Source: Promethearchaeia archaeon
Lineage (GTDB): Archaea; Asgardarchaeota; Lokiarchaeia; Sigyniarchaeales; SOKP01
Direction: 5' to 3'
Assembly (NCBI GenBank): GCA_046483985.1
Contig: JAWOCD010000056.1
Coordinates: 32,780-96,779, forward strand
DNA: 64,000 nt
Shown: in pieces, positions 20,591 to 30,570 of the stretch
How the letters are laid out: each line of letters begins with the position of its first letter
Position numbering within the stretch: the stretch's first letter is position 1
The notes under the pieces: generated by a model
What the model was told of the DNA's origin: nothing
Databases searched by the model: none
What the model saw: only the letters and a program-made list of their open reading frames with translations
Translations under genes and position numbers: made by a program

Positions 20591-20983
20591 ATGGAATCAA
20601 ACGATATTCATGAAAGTTACGAAGATTATCTAAAAGCGATTTATTTAATTTCAAAAAATAATCGTGGGGGATGGGTTTCAAATTCAGAAATCGCTCAATA
20701 CTTAGATGTAAAGCCATCCTCAGTATCAAGTATGCTTCATAAGCTAAAAGATAACGGGTTAATTTTTTGGAAGCCCCGTAAATCTCTGCGTTTAACTAAA
20801 AAGGGGAAAAAGATTGCGAAAAATATGATGAAAAAGTATAATCTCCTAAAAGAATTCTTTTTTAATATTTTAGAGATAAAGGATAAGGCGTTAATTAAGG
20901 ATTTAAGCTGTCGGATTGAACATCATCTTACCCCAGAGGTATCTGAAGCCCTTCAAAATTTGAGTCCTAAAGTGTCTCCATAA
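20591..20983 (+). CDS. DtxR/MntR family metal-dependent repressor
   Basis: EDYLKAIY, IAQYLDVKPSSVSSMLHKL, LTKKG and CRIEHHL motifs. Confidence 0.92.
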   Translation: MESNDIHESYEDYLKAIYLISKNNRGGWVSNSEIAQYLDVKPSSVSSMLHKLKDNGLIFWKPRKSLRLTKKGKKIAKNMMKKYNLLKEFFFNILEIKDKALIKDLSCRIEHHLTPEVSEALQNLSPKVSP

Positions 20984-21055
20984 CTTACTTCTTAGTATAG
21001 ATCTTTCTCGCATTCTTATGGTAAACTTTTAAAATTAGGATAAATGATTTAAATT

Positions 21056-21211
21056 ATGCCCGAAGTAAAATTAAAAGTAAACGATAAAGAAATTCCCTTA
21101 AATGAAATCATGCAAACAGTAATTACGAATATTAATGTAGGCTTTATCGATTCTTTAAGCGGAGTTCCTGATCCAAAAAGGAAAATAGAGCTGGAAATCA
21201 GCCCAAGCTGA
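21056..21211 (+). CDS. Small protein resembling the C-terminal extension domain of MobB (51 aa)
   Basis: MPEVKLKVNDKEIPLNEIMQTVITNINVGFIDSLSGVPDPKRKIELEISPS; not in the ORF track. Confidence 0.6.
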   Translation: MPEVKLKVNDKEIPLNEIMQTVITNINVGFIDSLSGVPDPKRKIELEISPS

Positions 21212-21366
21212 AATCTATTGGAATATTTTTTCTTTACTTATTTTTATTCCATATATTCTTTATCGGTAATTTTTTCTTTAGAGAGAAAGTATGGTAGGTC
21301 GATCTTATTTTAGGAAACGCATTTTACTCCAATTGGGTAAAAGATATTCTCTTTGTTTTCCATAGA

Positions 21367-21412
21367 TTAAGCATATTCGTTATTCCCGCGAGCAAATGGA
21401 TTAAAAAGATTG
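21367..21412 (-). repeat. Diverged copy of an internal segment (22482-22527) of the 22058-22783 gene
   Basis: Shared TTAAGCATATTCGTTATTCC...ATTAAAAAGATTG. Confidence 0.75.
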
Positions 21413-21490
21413 AAAACATTTTTAATAATAATAAGTTTTATTAACTAATCCTTTATTTACCTTTTCGGACTTTTAAAAATTCATAACCCT

Positions 21491-21542
21491 TTTTTTAACC
21501 CAAGTTGATAAGAGAAACCCAAGATAGAAGAAAATAGAGCCA
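21491..21542 (-). repeat. Copy of the 3-prime end (22073-22124) of the 22058-22783 gene
   Basis: 52 nt with 4 mismatches. Confidence 0.85.
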
Positions 21543-21551
21543 TTTAAAGAT

Positions 21552-21803
21552 TTAATAATAGAAAATAGAAAAAAGAAAATCTAAAGATTTAAAAAGAGAA
21601 AAAAAGTAAAAAGAGAAAAGAAAACCGACTATTCCCAATATAATCCCTATTATGGAAAGCACCTTTGATTCGTCCTTTACACGCCCAATGATCCCCAAGA
21701 TTATTGCTACCGGGCCAAAAAATACCCCCGCCCCATAAACAAAAATAAGTCCAATAGAAATCAATCCTAAAATTAAAGACGCCGAGGCTAAAGAATTTTT
21801 CAC
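21552..21803 (-). CDS. DUF4190-like small membrane protein
   Basis: LASASLILGLISI...AIILGIIG...SIIGIILG pattern. Confidence 0.6.
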   Translation of the reverse strand: MKNSLASASLILGLISIGLIFVYGAGVFFGPVAIILGIIGRVKDESKVLSIIGIILGIVGFLFSFYFFSLFKSLDFLFSIFYY

Positions 21804-22057
21804 TTTATTACCATGCTCTTTGTTTTGAATAATAAAATTATAAAATATGATAACACATAAAAATATTAATCAAATTGATTGATCTTATTATTCTTACAAA
21901 AAGTATTTTAACTCTATCTCTTAACTTACTTATATTCTGCAATAGATTTTTCCATAATCCTTACCGCTTTTGCCTTCTCTTGCTTTAATTTAATTCAATA
22001 TTGTCGGTCTTAGGGATATCAATTTCAGATAAAATGAATCATGAAAGTAAACGAAAA

Positions 22058-22783
22058 TCATTTTAAAAATCGTTTTTTAACCCAAGATGGCAAGAGAAAT
22101 CCAAGATAGAAGAAAATAGAGCCACTTGCTAACAATAATCGAGCAATCATTAAGGGGATAGGAACATCTATCGTAAAAATTGTATCCATCACAGCACCAA
22201 CCACAAATAAGAGAAAAGCTATTAGAAGTAATTTCCCTTTTAATTTAGTCTCCCCTTTAGCATTCAGTGCTTCTCTGACAAACATTAATCCGGTTAATAA
22301 GATGATAGCTAAAATGGAATACAGCAACAAATGAGGAAAGAGAGCCCATGTATAAGTTTCATTTTGTTTACCCCAAATCATTCCTGGCTGCATGAAGTAA
22401 AAATAAAATAAAAGGATTTCTGCTAAAAAACTCAGAGTTAATATAATAATTAAAATAAGCCTTCTCTTTTTTCTCTCAATCTTAAGCATATTCGTTATTC
22501 CTGCAAGCCAAAGCATTAAAAAGATTGGGAGGTCGGCAATATTAAATAGAAAATAGAAAAAATAGATTACAGCTGAAGTGGGCGGCTGTCCTATTAAAAG
22601 GAAAAGAAATTGTGTGAATTCAGGAAAATAAGGGGTTGCCATTCCCAGCCACGCAAGTCCAATATATAAAAGATTAATCTCGCGATATTTAAAATATTGC
22701 AGAAAAATTCGTAATCCCACTATTAAAGTAATTAGCACGAATAAAAAGCTCAAAAATAATGAAAATGTATAGGCTACACTCAT
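22058..22783 (-). CDS. 7-TM membrane protein of a Lokiarchaeal paralogous family
   Basis: Seven hydrophobic segments; KLKGKLLLIAF and FYLGFLLPSWVK shared with 55343-56065. Confidence 0.8.
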   Translation of the reverse strand: MSVAYTFSLFLSFLFVLITLIVGLRIFLQYFKYREINLLYIGLAWLGMATPYFPEFTQFLFLLIGQPPTSAVIYFFYFLFNIADLPIFLMLWLAGITNMLKIERKKRRLILIIILTLSFLAEILLFYFYFMQPGMIWGKQNETYTWALFPHLLLYSILAIILLTGLMFVREALNAKGETKLKGKLLLIAFLLFVVGAVMDTIFTIDVPIPLMIARLLLASGSIFFYLGFLLPSWVKKRFLK

Positions 22784-22853
22784 ATTTGGAAGAAAACAGA
22801 TTTATTAAAAAATCTTTACATTGTTAAAGTAATGAGACGGAAAAAATAGCCAA

Positions 22854-23087
22854 TTAATTCTTAATTGGTTCTAAATCCTTGCAAATCCGGAATTTTTTCA
22901 CTAATTTTTTCTTGTTTGAGCGTCTATTAATTTTATAAACTTTGAGAACTCCCGCATCATTAGGATAGCGTTGATTAATAACTTTACAGATATCTTCGGG
23001 ACTCTTTTGATGAATTCGGAGGTTTTTCTTATCAAACCTCTTAAACACACCCAAAAAAACATTTTTCCTTGACTTATCAATAAACAT
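22854..23087 (-). CDS. Small basic hypothetical protein
   Basis: 77-aa ORF in an intergenic gap; no recognisable motif. Confidence 0.45.
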   Translation of the reverse strand: MFIDKSRKNVFLGVFKRFDKKNLRIHQKSPEDICKVINQRYPNDAGVLKVYKINRRSNKKKLVKKFRICKDLEPIKN

Positions 23088-23353
23088 GTAATGTATTTAA
23101 ACCCCTTTTATTATCTAAATAAGTATAATTATGGCATGTACTAAAATCTAACAATTATAAGTTAAAAAAACTACTTTTATAAGGCAAAGAATTTACACCT
23201 TAACAATTTTAAGATTATTACATTAATTTATTGAATCTTAGGGTTAGTATATTCAAAAAGGAAATCATAATTGAGGAAATTTTAGAATATTATACAGTAT
23301 TTTAAAAAGAATTTAACATACATATATTATAAAAAGAATAAAGTGTATAAAAA

Positions 23354-24193
23354 TTGGTAGTTGCTTTAGCTTTTTTGATGATAATCCTTATAGGTGCGCT
23401 CAGTTTAATTGGACTTTTTTTAATTTCGATTAATGGAAAGACTTTAGATAATATTTTGTTTGTTCTTATAGCATTTGCCACGGGAACAATCTTGGCAACT
23501 GCGCTTTTTGATTTAATCCCGGAGGCACTCCATCATCTTGAGAGTTTAAATACGGAGGGAGCAGGATTAGGGGAGAACCTCGTATTTTTTTTTGTCATAT
23601 TGGGATATATTGTATTTTTCATTCTTGAACGTTTTATTTATTGGTTTCACGGGCATGCACATAGAGAAGAAAATGAATTTATCTGTTATGATAATGTCTC
23701 TGGTAAAGTGAACAAGAAATCCTCCAGTAACAATAAGATCCAAAACTTTGCTATACTTAATTTAGTAGGTGATGGTTTACATAATTTTTTGGATGGAATA
23801 ATTATTATGGTTGGCTTTTTGACCGGAATTAATACTGGAATAATTATTACGCTTGCGGTACTTTTTCATGAGCTTCCGCAAGAAATGGGAGACTTTGGAA
23901 TTCTTTTATATGGGGGGTTCACCAAGAAAAGGGCCTTATTATTCAATTTCTCAAGTGCAATGATTGCATTATTTGGAGGGCTTTTTGCATTAATTCTCTC
24001 AAACATTCTTGAGACATTTAATCTCTTCTTTTTGGCTTTTTCAGGTGGAGGGTTTTTATACCTAGCAACAACCGAATTAATGCCAGAACTTCTCAAGCAG
24101 GCAAAGTTAAGAAAATCTGTAATACAAGCACTAATCTTTCTTGGAGGCGTTACACTTATCTTGATACTAGTTTTTACGCTTCCACATGCCTAA
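23354..24193 (+). CDS. ZIP family divalent metal transporter
   Basis: DLIPEA, HGHAH loop, GDGLHNFLDG and HELPQEMGDF motifs. Confidence 0.93.
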   Translation: MVVALAFLMIILIGALSLIGLFLISINGKTLDNILFVLIAFATGTILATALFDLIPEALHHLESLNTEGAGLGENLVFFFVILGYIVFFILERFIYWFHGHAHREENEFICYDNVSGKVNKKSSSNNKIQNFAILNLVGDGLHNFLDGIIIMVGFLTGINTGIIITLAVLFHELPQEMGDFGILLYGGFTKKRALLFNFSSAMIALFGGLFALILSNILETFNLFFLAFSGGGFLYLATTELMPELLKQAKLRKSVIQALIFLGGVTLILILVFTLPHA

Positions 24194-24208
24194 GGTTGAA
24201 TATATTTG

Positions 24209-24399
24209 AAATGAATTTATCTGTGATGATAATGTCTCTGGTAAAGTGGACAAGAAATCCTCCAATAACAATAAGATCCAAAACTTTGCTATACTTAATT
24301 TAGTAGGTGATGGTTTGCATAATTTTTTGGATGGAATAATTATTATGGTTGGCTTTTTGACCGGAATTAATACTGGAATAATTATTACGCTTGCGGTAC
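24209..24399 (+). repeat. 191-bp duplicate of ZIP gene segment 23671-23861
   Basis: Direct alignment by eye shows 4 substitutions. Confidence 0.92.
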
Positions 24400-24495
24400 G
24401 GGATTTTTCTTCTTAATTCCCTTTTTCCATTTTTTTGCTGTTATAGAAAAAGGAGCATTCCAAGACCATGCGTCCGTTCCGATGATATGAACTCC
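24400..24495 (-). pseudogene. Fragment of a cyclase (kynurenine formamidase-like) family gene
   Basis: Minus frame reads GVHIIGTDAWSWNAPFSITAKKW, matching the GTDAWSWDAPF family motif. Confidence 0.55.
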
Positions 24496-24562
24496 CTATA
24501 AACGGTTGATCCATAATTATAGAAAATAGTAAATAAGAGATTTCTTTATAGAATCGATAAAA

Positions 24563-25363
24563 TCAGGTAGAGCGATATCTTGTGGGAATATCAGAAAATT
24601 TAATTCCCCTTTCTCTTAAAGCATCTTTTACTCGCATAGTTAAATTTGTCTTATATGCTCCTTGTTCTGTTGGATCTAGTGGATAGGATTTAATTCTATA
24701 ATGAGTACTTTGGGGTAATTCATTAACCCTTATTTTAATAGGCTTTTCCAGCTGTGTATATGGGCAAATAAACGTGACTCTTTCCATTATTTCCTTAACC
24801 ATATAAGAATCGTGATTTGGATCTAAATAAATATTTGTAACACACATCAAATTCCGCGATCCAGCATTAGCGTTATAAATTGTTGTATTCCAAATTTTCA
24901 ATTGCGGAATAATTACTTCAGTATTATCTAACGTTCTCATTTTTATTGTTCTTAACTTTATTGCTTCAATTTCACCATAAACACCATTAATCTCTATCCA
25001 ATCACCCTCCTGATAATTTTTTTCATATAAGGAGATTAAACCTGCGATAATACTACTTATATAATCTTTGAAGGCAAAACCAAGAGCAATACTCATTGCG
25101 GCTAATAATGTAATGATATTTACTTCGCTTGGCTGGGTAATAATTATCAGTACCCAAATCGTACCTAAAGCAATAATTATTAATCGAATAATCGGTTGTA
25201 AAGATAAATATTTATATTTCTGTTTTGCTTTTGTTTTTTTCTTTATATGATTAAACAATACCTTGTTAATTTTTAACAGAATAAAGATACCGATAATTAT
25301 GCCTGCTAGCAATATTAAATCTCCAATACTTAAATTTAGAAAAATATCAGTCGTCTCTGTCAT
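24563..25363 (-). CDS. mscS: Small-conductance mechanosensitive channel
   Basis: ALGFAFKDYISSIIAG, GDWIEINGVYGEI and LRT motifs. Confidence 0.9.
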   Translation of the reverse strand: MTETTDIFLNLSIGDLILLAGIIIGIFILLKINKVLFNHIKKKTKAKQKYKYLSLQPIIRLIIIALGTIWVLIIITQPSEVNIITLLAAMSIALGFAFKDYISSIIAGLISLYEKNYQEGDWIEINGVYGEIEAIKLRTIKMRTLDNTEVIIPQLKIWNTTIYNANAGSRNLMCVTNIYLDPNHDSYMVKEIMERVTFICPYTQLEKPIKIRVNELPQSTHYRIKSYPLDPTEQGAYKTNLTMRVKDALRERGIKFSDIPTRYRST

Positions 25364-26712
25364 TTGCTCACCTCCAAATTATCTATTAGGAATCCTACAG
25401 ATCTAAGATAATCCCTTACATTTGGGTATGCACTTGGAACAATATTTAATACATCTTCTTCTTTTCTTCTAATCAACCCATGTGTCTCTAAGTAATTTAT
25501 AATGGATACGACCTTTTTTGATTCTATATTTAAAATTAACGCAAGTTTTTCTTTAGAGAGACCGTTGTGGAGAATTAAAGAATCTAAGAGAATGTTTTCT
25601 TCACTGTTCATATTCTTAGGTATCTCAGGCATTGTTATACCTTTCCAGGGTTTTACCCAAATTGTATAAAATCTTTTTCTTTCTAATTTCACCTCTTCTT
25701 CTTTATCAAACTCAAAGTCTTCATCGGGTCTCGTTCTTAAATTATCCCTCAATATATGCCAGCAAATCATAGGTAATCCTTGTGCATATGCTATTAAATT
25801 TCTCATAAATTTATCTTCAACTTTTAATTGAATTTCTTCCTCAACCCCCTCCTTAGTTTTTAATTTGAGCTCGTCATCCTCATCCTGGACTATTAATTGT
25901 TCCATATTATTCTCTTTTTCAATTTTAGTTTTAATCTTATCGCCTTTTTCTTCTCCCATTTCTACTAATGACAATTGCTCTTCGAATATTAAATCCCCAC
26001 TATCTGTTAATCTATAGAGAAATTTTTTTCTATTGTTTTGAGCCATAAGATTCAATAACCAATGTTTTAAAGCAGATTCGTTCATTGTCTGCAAAATTCT
26101 TTGCTCAAAATTAGTAAAAGGAATATTAAGAATTTTGAAAAATTTCCACGCCCAAGATTGACATACGATAATGACCTCATTTGAATGTTTTGAAAGGTTT
26201 TGGACTATATTTTCTAAAAGCCCCAAACCATTGTGATGTCTGAGAAACCATTTTTCCAAATTTGTAATAGCAATATTTTCTTCTTCCCCGAGCTCAAAAA
26301 CATTATCTTTACGTTTATGATAATTTAAAATTTCTTCGTAAGTTGGAGGTGTTAATAACTTATAATTTGCTGTTTCTACCCATTTTTCTACTATTTGATC
26401 AGTTCCACTAAATGGTTTATTAATCAATAGAAGTTTCTTATAATCTATTTTATTTAATTCTTTTTGAAAATATTGAACCATTTCCTCCCAATCCGGTTCT
26501 GGTAAGATATTGTCTAATTGTCTTAAACTAAATGAATTTAATTTATTGTAAGATAGAAAATTCTCCTCTTTTGTCGATTTGAAAAGATTCCGAAACAAAC
26601 CTCCAATCTTTTCTTTGACTTCTCGGGGGCCTTGAGGGATTTCATAATCCTCTAATGGAATGACTCGGCAAAGATTAGGTACGTCCTTATCATCTTCTAC
26701 TTTTTCATTCAT
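25360..26712 (-). CDS. Hypothetical degenerate AAA-like protein with C-terminal wHTH, coupled to mscS
   Basis: LEKWFLRHHNGL, CQSWAW and GLP motifs; ATGA overlap with mscS. Confidence 0.6.
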   Translation of the reverse strand: MNEKVEDDKDVPNLCRVIPLEDYEIPQGPREVKEKIGGLFRNLFKSTKEENFLSYNKLNSFSLRQLDNILPEPDWEEMVQYFQKELNKIDYKKLLLINKPFSGTDQIVEKWVETANYKLLTPPTYEEILNYHKRKDNVFELGEEENIAITNLEKWFLRHHNGLGLLENIVQNLSKHSNEVIIVCQSWAWKFFKILNIPFTNFEQRILQTMNESALKHWLLNLMAQNNRKKFLYRLTDSGDLIFEEQLSLVEMGEEKGDKIKTKIEKENNMEQLIVQDEDDELKLKTKEGVEEEIQLKVEDKFMRNLIAYAQGLPMICWHILRDNLRTRPDEDFEFDKEEEVKLERKRFYTIWVKPWKGITMPEIPKNMNSEENILLDSLILHNGLSKEKLALILNIESKKVVSIINYLETHGLIRRKEEDVLNIVPSAYPNVRDYLRSVGFLIDNLEVSK

Positions 26713-26904
26713 GATTTATAAAGACTGGAGATTTATTCGATCTATTAAACATTATCACATAAAAATATTTTTAGAGATCTATTAAATGTTTCTTAATTCA
26801 TTGAAGGGAATTTTTAAAAAAAGATAATTCCTTGCGAACTGAAATTCGCTTAAAATACCGAAACTTCATATGTCAGATATCGCACGGGAAAAAATTACAA
26901 AAAC

Positions 26905-27158
26905 CTAAAGACCAAGCAGGATGATAAAATTGCTTCCTTGTGAATAATCTCCCTTCACGCGATTTTCTACCCAAACTTCTCCACCGTACATATTGATTAT
27001 TTCCTTCACAAGCGACAAACCGATGCCCGTCCCTTTCCCTTGTTGGTTTATTTCATACGATCGTTTAAAAATATCTTTTTTTCTCTGCTTGCTAATTCCG
27101 ATTCCATTGTCTTTAAATTCAATCTTAATATGATTTTGCCCCTCGTTTTGTACTTTAA
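26905..27158 (-). pseudogene. C-terminal HATPase_c fragment of a histidine kinase
   Basis: KDNGIGI, GTGIGL and GSNF boxes only; the ORF start lies inside the ZIP-derived repeat. Confidence 0.8.
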
Positions 27159-27201
27159 AGTTTTTACTCTTCCACATGCCTAAGGTCGAATAGATTTGAA
27201 A
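27159..27201 (+). repeat. 43-bp copy of the ZIP gene 3-prime end and flank (24169-24211)
   Basis: AGTTTTTACKCTTCCACATGCCTAAGGTYGAATAKATTTGAAA, 3 mismatches. Confidence 0.9.
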
Positions 27202-27373
27202 AAGATCATGCGAGAAAATCGATACGAGAATGTTAGTTTTTTACATTCGATTTAAGCAATTTTATGGAGATTATTTATTTGACTTGATTTCTTATCATTT
27301 ATTACATTGAAAAAGGGACTCATAGACCATTAATGCCTGGGATTTTTTAAATTTAATCAGAAATTTATTAATA

Positions 27374-27895
27374 ATGAAAACTGCAAACTCAATCACTTTA
27401 ATTGGGATGCCTGGCTCTGGAAAAACCACAATAGGACAAAAAATTGCACAGAAACTTCAATATAAGTTCATAGATACCGATGATTATATAGTAGAAAAAG
27501 AAAACATGGAGCTACAGCAGATTATAAATAAGGAAGGTATAGATGCTTTTTGTGAAATTGAGGAAAAGCGAGTTTTAGAATTACTCCCATTGAAGAAGTA
27601 TGTAATTGCCCCTGGTGGAAGTATTATTTATTCTAAGAAGGTTATGGACATCCTAAAGAAAAATAGTATCCTTATTTTTTTAGATGTTCCCCTTAACATA
27701 TTAAAAGCAAGATTACATAATATGGAAACCCGGGGTATAGTGGGACTGCATTCGAAATCCCTAAAAACATTATACAAAGAGAGGATACCCTTGTATCGAA
27801 AATATGCTGATTGTGTTGTCCCATGTGAAAATAAATCACCTAACACCATAATAACTGAGATCTTGGCCAGGTTAGATCGAATTAGATCGAAATAA
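27374..27895 (+). CDS. aroK: Shikimate kinase (bacterial type)
   Basis: LIGMPGSGKTT, FIDTD, GGS and ERIPLY motifs. Confidence 0.9.
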   Translation: MKTANSITLIGMPGSGKTTIGQKIAQKLQYKFIDTDDYIVEKENMELQQIINKEGIDAFCEIEEKRVLELLPLKKYVIAPGGSIIYSKKVMDILKKNSILIFLDVPLNILKARLHNMETRGIVGLHSKSLKTLYKERIPLYRKYADCVVPCENKSPNTIITEILARLDRIRSK

Positions 27896-28030
27896 ATTCT
27901 GTTATTAATGAACACCCTCACCATCAGAAAACTGCAAATAAGATTATTTTTTTTTTAGAATGCCTTATATGTTTTCTAAAACTTAATTATTATGATTATT
28001 CTTTTATAGAACAAAATAAAAAGAATCAAA

Positions 28031-29359
28031 ATGACGGAAAAAAAATCTGAAAAAAAGTTGGATGTAAAATTAATATCTTACATTGGGTTAGCATTTTTTA
28101 CGACTGGAATTGCATGGGGTCTTTATGATACACAGGTGAATCAACAGTTACAGAACTATGTGGGATTACTATTATTTGTTGGTTTTTGGATGGCATTGGA
28201 TAATATTATTGGTGTTTCTATTCAACCTTTTATGGGAGCACTCTCTGATAACACTCGAACTCGGTTTGGAAGAAGGACTCCGTATATCATTGTAGGAATT
28301 ATTGCCTCCGCTATTTTCTTTGCCTTAATACCGACGGGATTTGGAACTTCTTTCTGGATTTTGCTCCTCTGGATGTTCTTATTTGGAATCAGTATGGGGT
28401 TTTATCGCAGCCAAGCTGTAGCGTTGATGCCTGATTTTGTCAGACCCGAGAACCGGAGTAAAGCAAATGCCATTATTAATCTAATGGGAGGGGTGGGAGC
28501 CGTTGTTGCCTTTTCTCTCAGTTATCTAATTGACTATTGGGGCCATCAAGTTGTATTTCTCTTAGTTTCAATCATTATGTTGGTAGCCCTAGGAATTTTT
28601 CTCTGGAAAGTAAAGGAGACGGAGTCCTATAGTTACCAACTGTTGTTAGAAAAGGAGGGTAAAGCGAGTACAGAGTTGGAACCAGAAATTGGAAAGCCGA
28701 ATTTAATACAGAGTCTTAAAGACATCTGGAATGAGGATGACAAAAGTACCTTATTTATGCTTCTGGCGATCTTTTCATGGTTTATCGGATATCAAGGGAT
28801 ACAATCGCTTTTTACGATTTATGGAACCAGCCCAGAAACCCTTAATTTAGAGGCGGGGTTTGCGGGATTTATGCTTAATTTTGTTGCAATCCCCTTTATT
28901 CTATTTGCGGTTCCCTCTGGGATCATTGCTACAAAAATTGGGCGACGAATCACTATTAAAATAGGATTGGTCCTAATGTTCTCAAGCCTTGTAATTGGCT
29001 CTATAATAGTCCTCATTAGCCCGAACACGATAATTCTTATCATAGCCCTAGTTATGACTGGTATTGGATGGGCTCTGGTAAACGTAAATTCCATTGTGAT
29101 TATCTGGGAACTTGCCCCTACTATTGAGAAATTAGGAACATATACGGGGGTTTATTACTTTTTCAGTGTATTAGCCGCAATTATAGGCCCGGGAATTGTG
29201 GGACTTATTACGGATCTTACGGGGATCTCCTTTCTCCTGTTAAACGCCGCTGGCTTTTTAATTCTGGCCTTCATCTTTATGACGTTGGTTAAACGCGGGG
29301 AAGTCGAACTTACAGAAGAAGAAAGGATCGCCCGTCAAAAAGCCTTGCAAAAATTATAA
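28031..29359 (+). CDS. MFS transporter (GPH/SLC45 sugar transporter-like)
   Basis: QPFMGALSDNTRTRFGRRTPY; 12 TM segments. Confidence 0.88.
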   Translation: MTEKKSEKKLDVKLISYIGLAFFTTGIAWGLYDTQVNQQLQNYVGLLLFVGFWMALDNIIGVSIQPFMGALSDNTRTRFGRRTPYIIVGIIASAIFFALIPTGFGTSFWILLLWMFLFGISMGFYRSQAVALMPDFVRPENRSKANAIINLMGGVGAVVAFSLSYLIDYWGHQVVFLLVSIIMLVALGIFLWKVKETESYSYQLLLEKEGKASTELEPEIGKPNLIQSLKDIWNEDDKSTLFMLLAIFSWFIGYQGIQSLFTIYGTSPETLNLEAGFAGFMLNFVAIPFILFAVPSGIIATKIGRRITIKIGLVLMFSSLVIGSIIVLISPNTIILIIALVMTGIGWALVNVNSIVIIWELAPTIEKLGTYTGVYYFFSVLAAIIGPGIVGLITDLTGISFLLLNAAGFLILAFIFMTLVKRGEVELTEEERIARQKALQKL

Positions 29360-29465
29360 TCTTTCTCATTTCTTTTTTATAATCCTTTTTTTAGTTCCTA
29401 CTTATGGGAAATACGTACTTACAACTTATGAAACGAATTTGTATTGAGTTTAAAAAAATTGTACT

Positions 29466-29480
29466 TTGAATAATTATTAA
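29466..29480. promoter_or_regulatory. One-mismatch GAATAATTATTC operator upstream of the DUF89 gene
   Basis: TTGAATAATTATTAA next to TTTTTAAAT. Confidence 0.45.
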
Positions 29481-29564
29481 CAATTTTTAAATGGATTCGA
29501 AATCTTTCCTATACAGCAGTAATTTTATATAATTATACAATCTTTCATTAAGAAGTGATTCTAA

Positions 29565-30449
29565 TTGATTCTAGAACCCGAATGTCTTGGCTGTATGATT
29601 GACCAAATATATAAAGCTTTGAAGATGCTGAAGCCCGATATTCCAAAAGAAGATATTATAAAAACCCAGCGGAAAATGATGAAATACCTCGCAAATACAG
29701 ACATATTACATAAACCAGGTCCCCTAATTGGGAAAAAAACCTATGATTTGGTATCTGAAACGTTAAACGACCCCGATCCCTACAAGGATATAAAGCGTGA
29801 ATATAACCAAATGGCCTTGAAATACTTTGACCAGGCGAAAGAGATTGTAGAAAATGCAGAGGACCCAATATTTGAAGCAATTGCCGCTTCAGCGCTCGGT
29901 AATACTATCGATTTTGCGGCTCATCATGAAGTTGATCTGATTAAGGACATTAAAAATTTCTCAACTGATAACTTGAAAATTAATGATATTCCCGTTTTTA
30001 AGGAGTCCCTAAAAGAGACAGAGCAGATTCTAATCTTAGGCGATAATACCGGTGAAATCGTCTTTGATAAACTCCTAATTGAGACCCTCCAAGAACTTTA
30101 TCCCGATCAAGAAATCATCTTTTCGGTAAGGGAAAATCCGATTATTAATGACGCCACCCGAGAAGATGCTGAATTTGTAGGGATTACGGATCTTGTAGAA
30201 GTAATTGAAGCCCCCGGGACTCCAGGAATAGAAATGTCAATTGCTTCAGACGAATTTAAGAAATACTTTTATAATGAAAAAGGGGTCATTCTTTCCAAAG
30301 GACAAGGAAACTTTGAGAGCTTATATCAAATAGAAATACCTAATAAGGATGTCTATTATCTCTTGAAGGCTAAATGCTCACTGATGGAACGGATCTTTGA
30401 TGTTGAACTTGGGGACCTTATTTTTAAAAAAAAAGCAGATGATCTTTAG
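29565..30449 (+). CDS. ARMT1/DUF89 family damage-control phosphatase
   Basis: ECLGC, DPY, GNTIDF, DNTGEIVFD, PIINDAT, KGQGNFESL and LKAKC motifs. Confidence 0.92.
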   Translation: MILEPECLGCMIDQIYKALKMLKPDIPKEDIIKTQRKMMKYLANTDILHKPGPLIGKKTYDLVSETLNDPDPYKDIKREYNQMALKYFDQAKEIVENAEDPIFEAIAASALGNTIDFAAHHEVDLIKDIKNFSTDNLKINDIPVFKESLKETEQILILGDNTGEIVFDKLLIETLQELYPDQEIIFSVRENPIINDATREDAEFVGITDLVEVIEAPGTPGIEMSIASDEFKKYFYNEKGVILSKGQGNFESLYQIEIPNKDVYYLLKAKCSLMERIFDVELGDLIFKKKADDL

Positions 30450-30570
30450 GAAATTCAATTCATATTACCAATTCTAATCCAAGTTCCTTATTTTTAATCA
30501 ATTCACAATGAGTTCCCCGAATTTTTAAGAGTTAGCACAGCTAATAAGATAATGTGCCAAGGAGGATTAA

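Noticed and set aside
24209-24399. Diversity-generating retroelement TR/VR pair
   Set aside because: The four differences (T/G, A/G, G/A, A/G) are not confined to adenines of one copy, the target is a conserved TM region, and no reverse transcriptase is present
26905-27177. Functional 90-aa stand-alone HATPase protein
   Set aside because: Its ATG and first codons come from the antisense strand of the ZIP-derived repeat, and the N-box is missing
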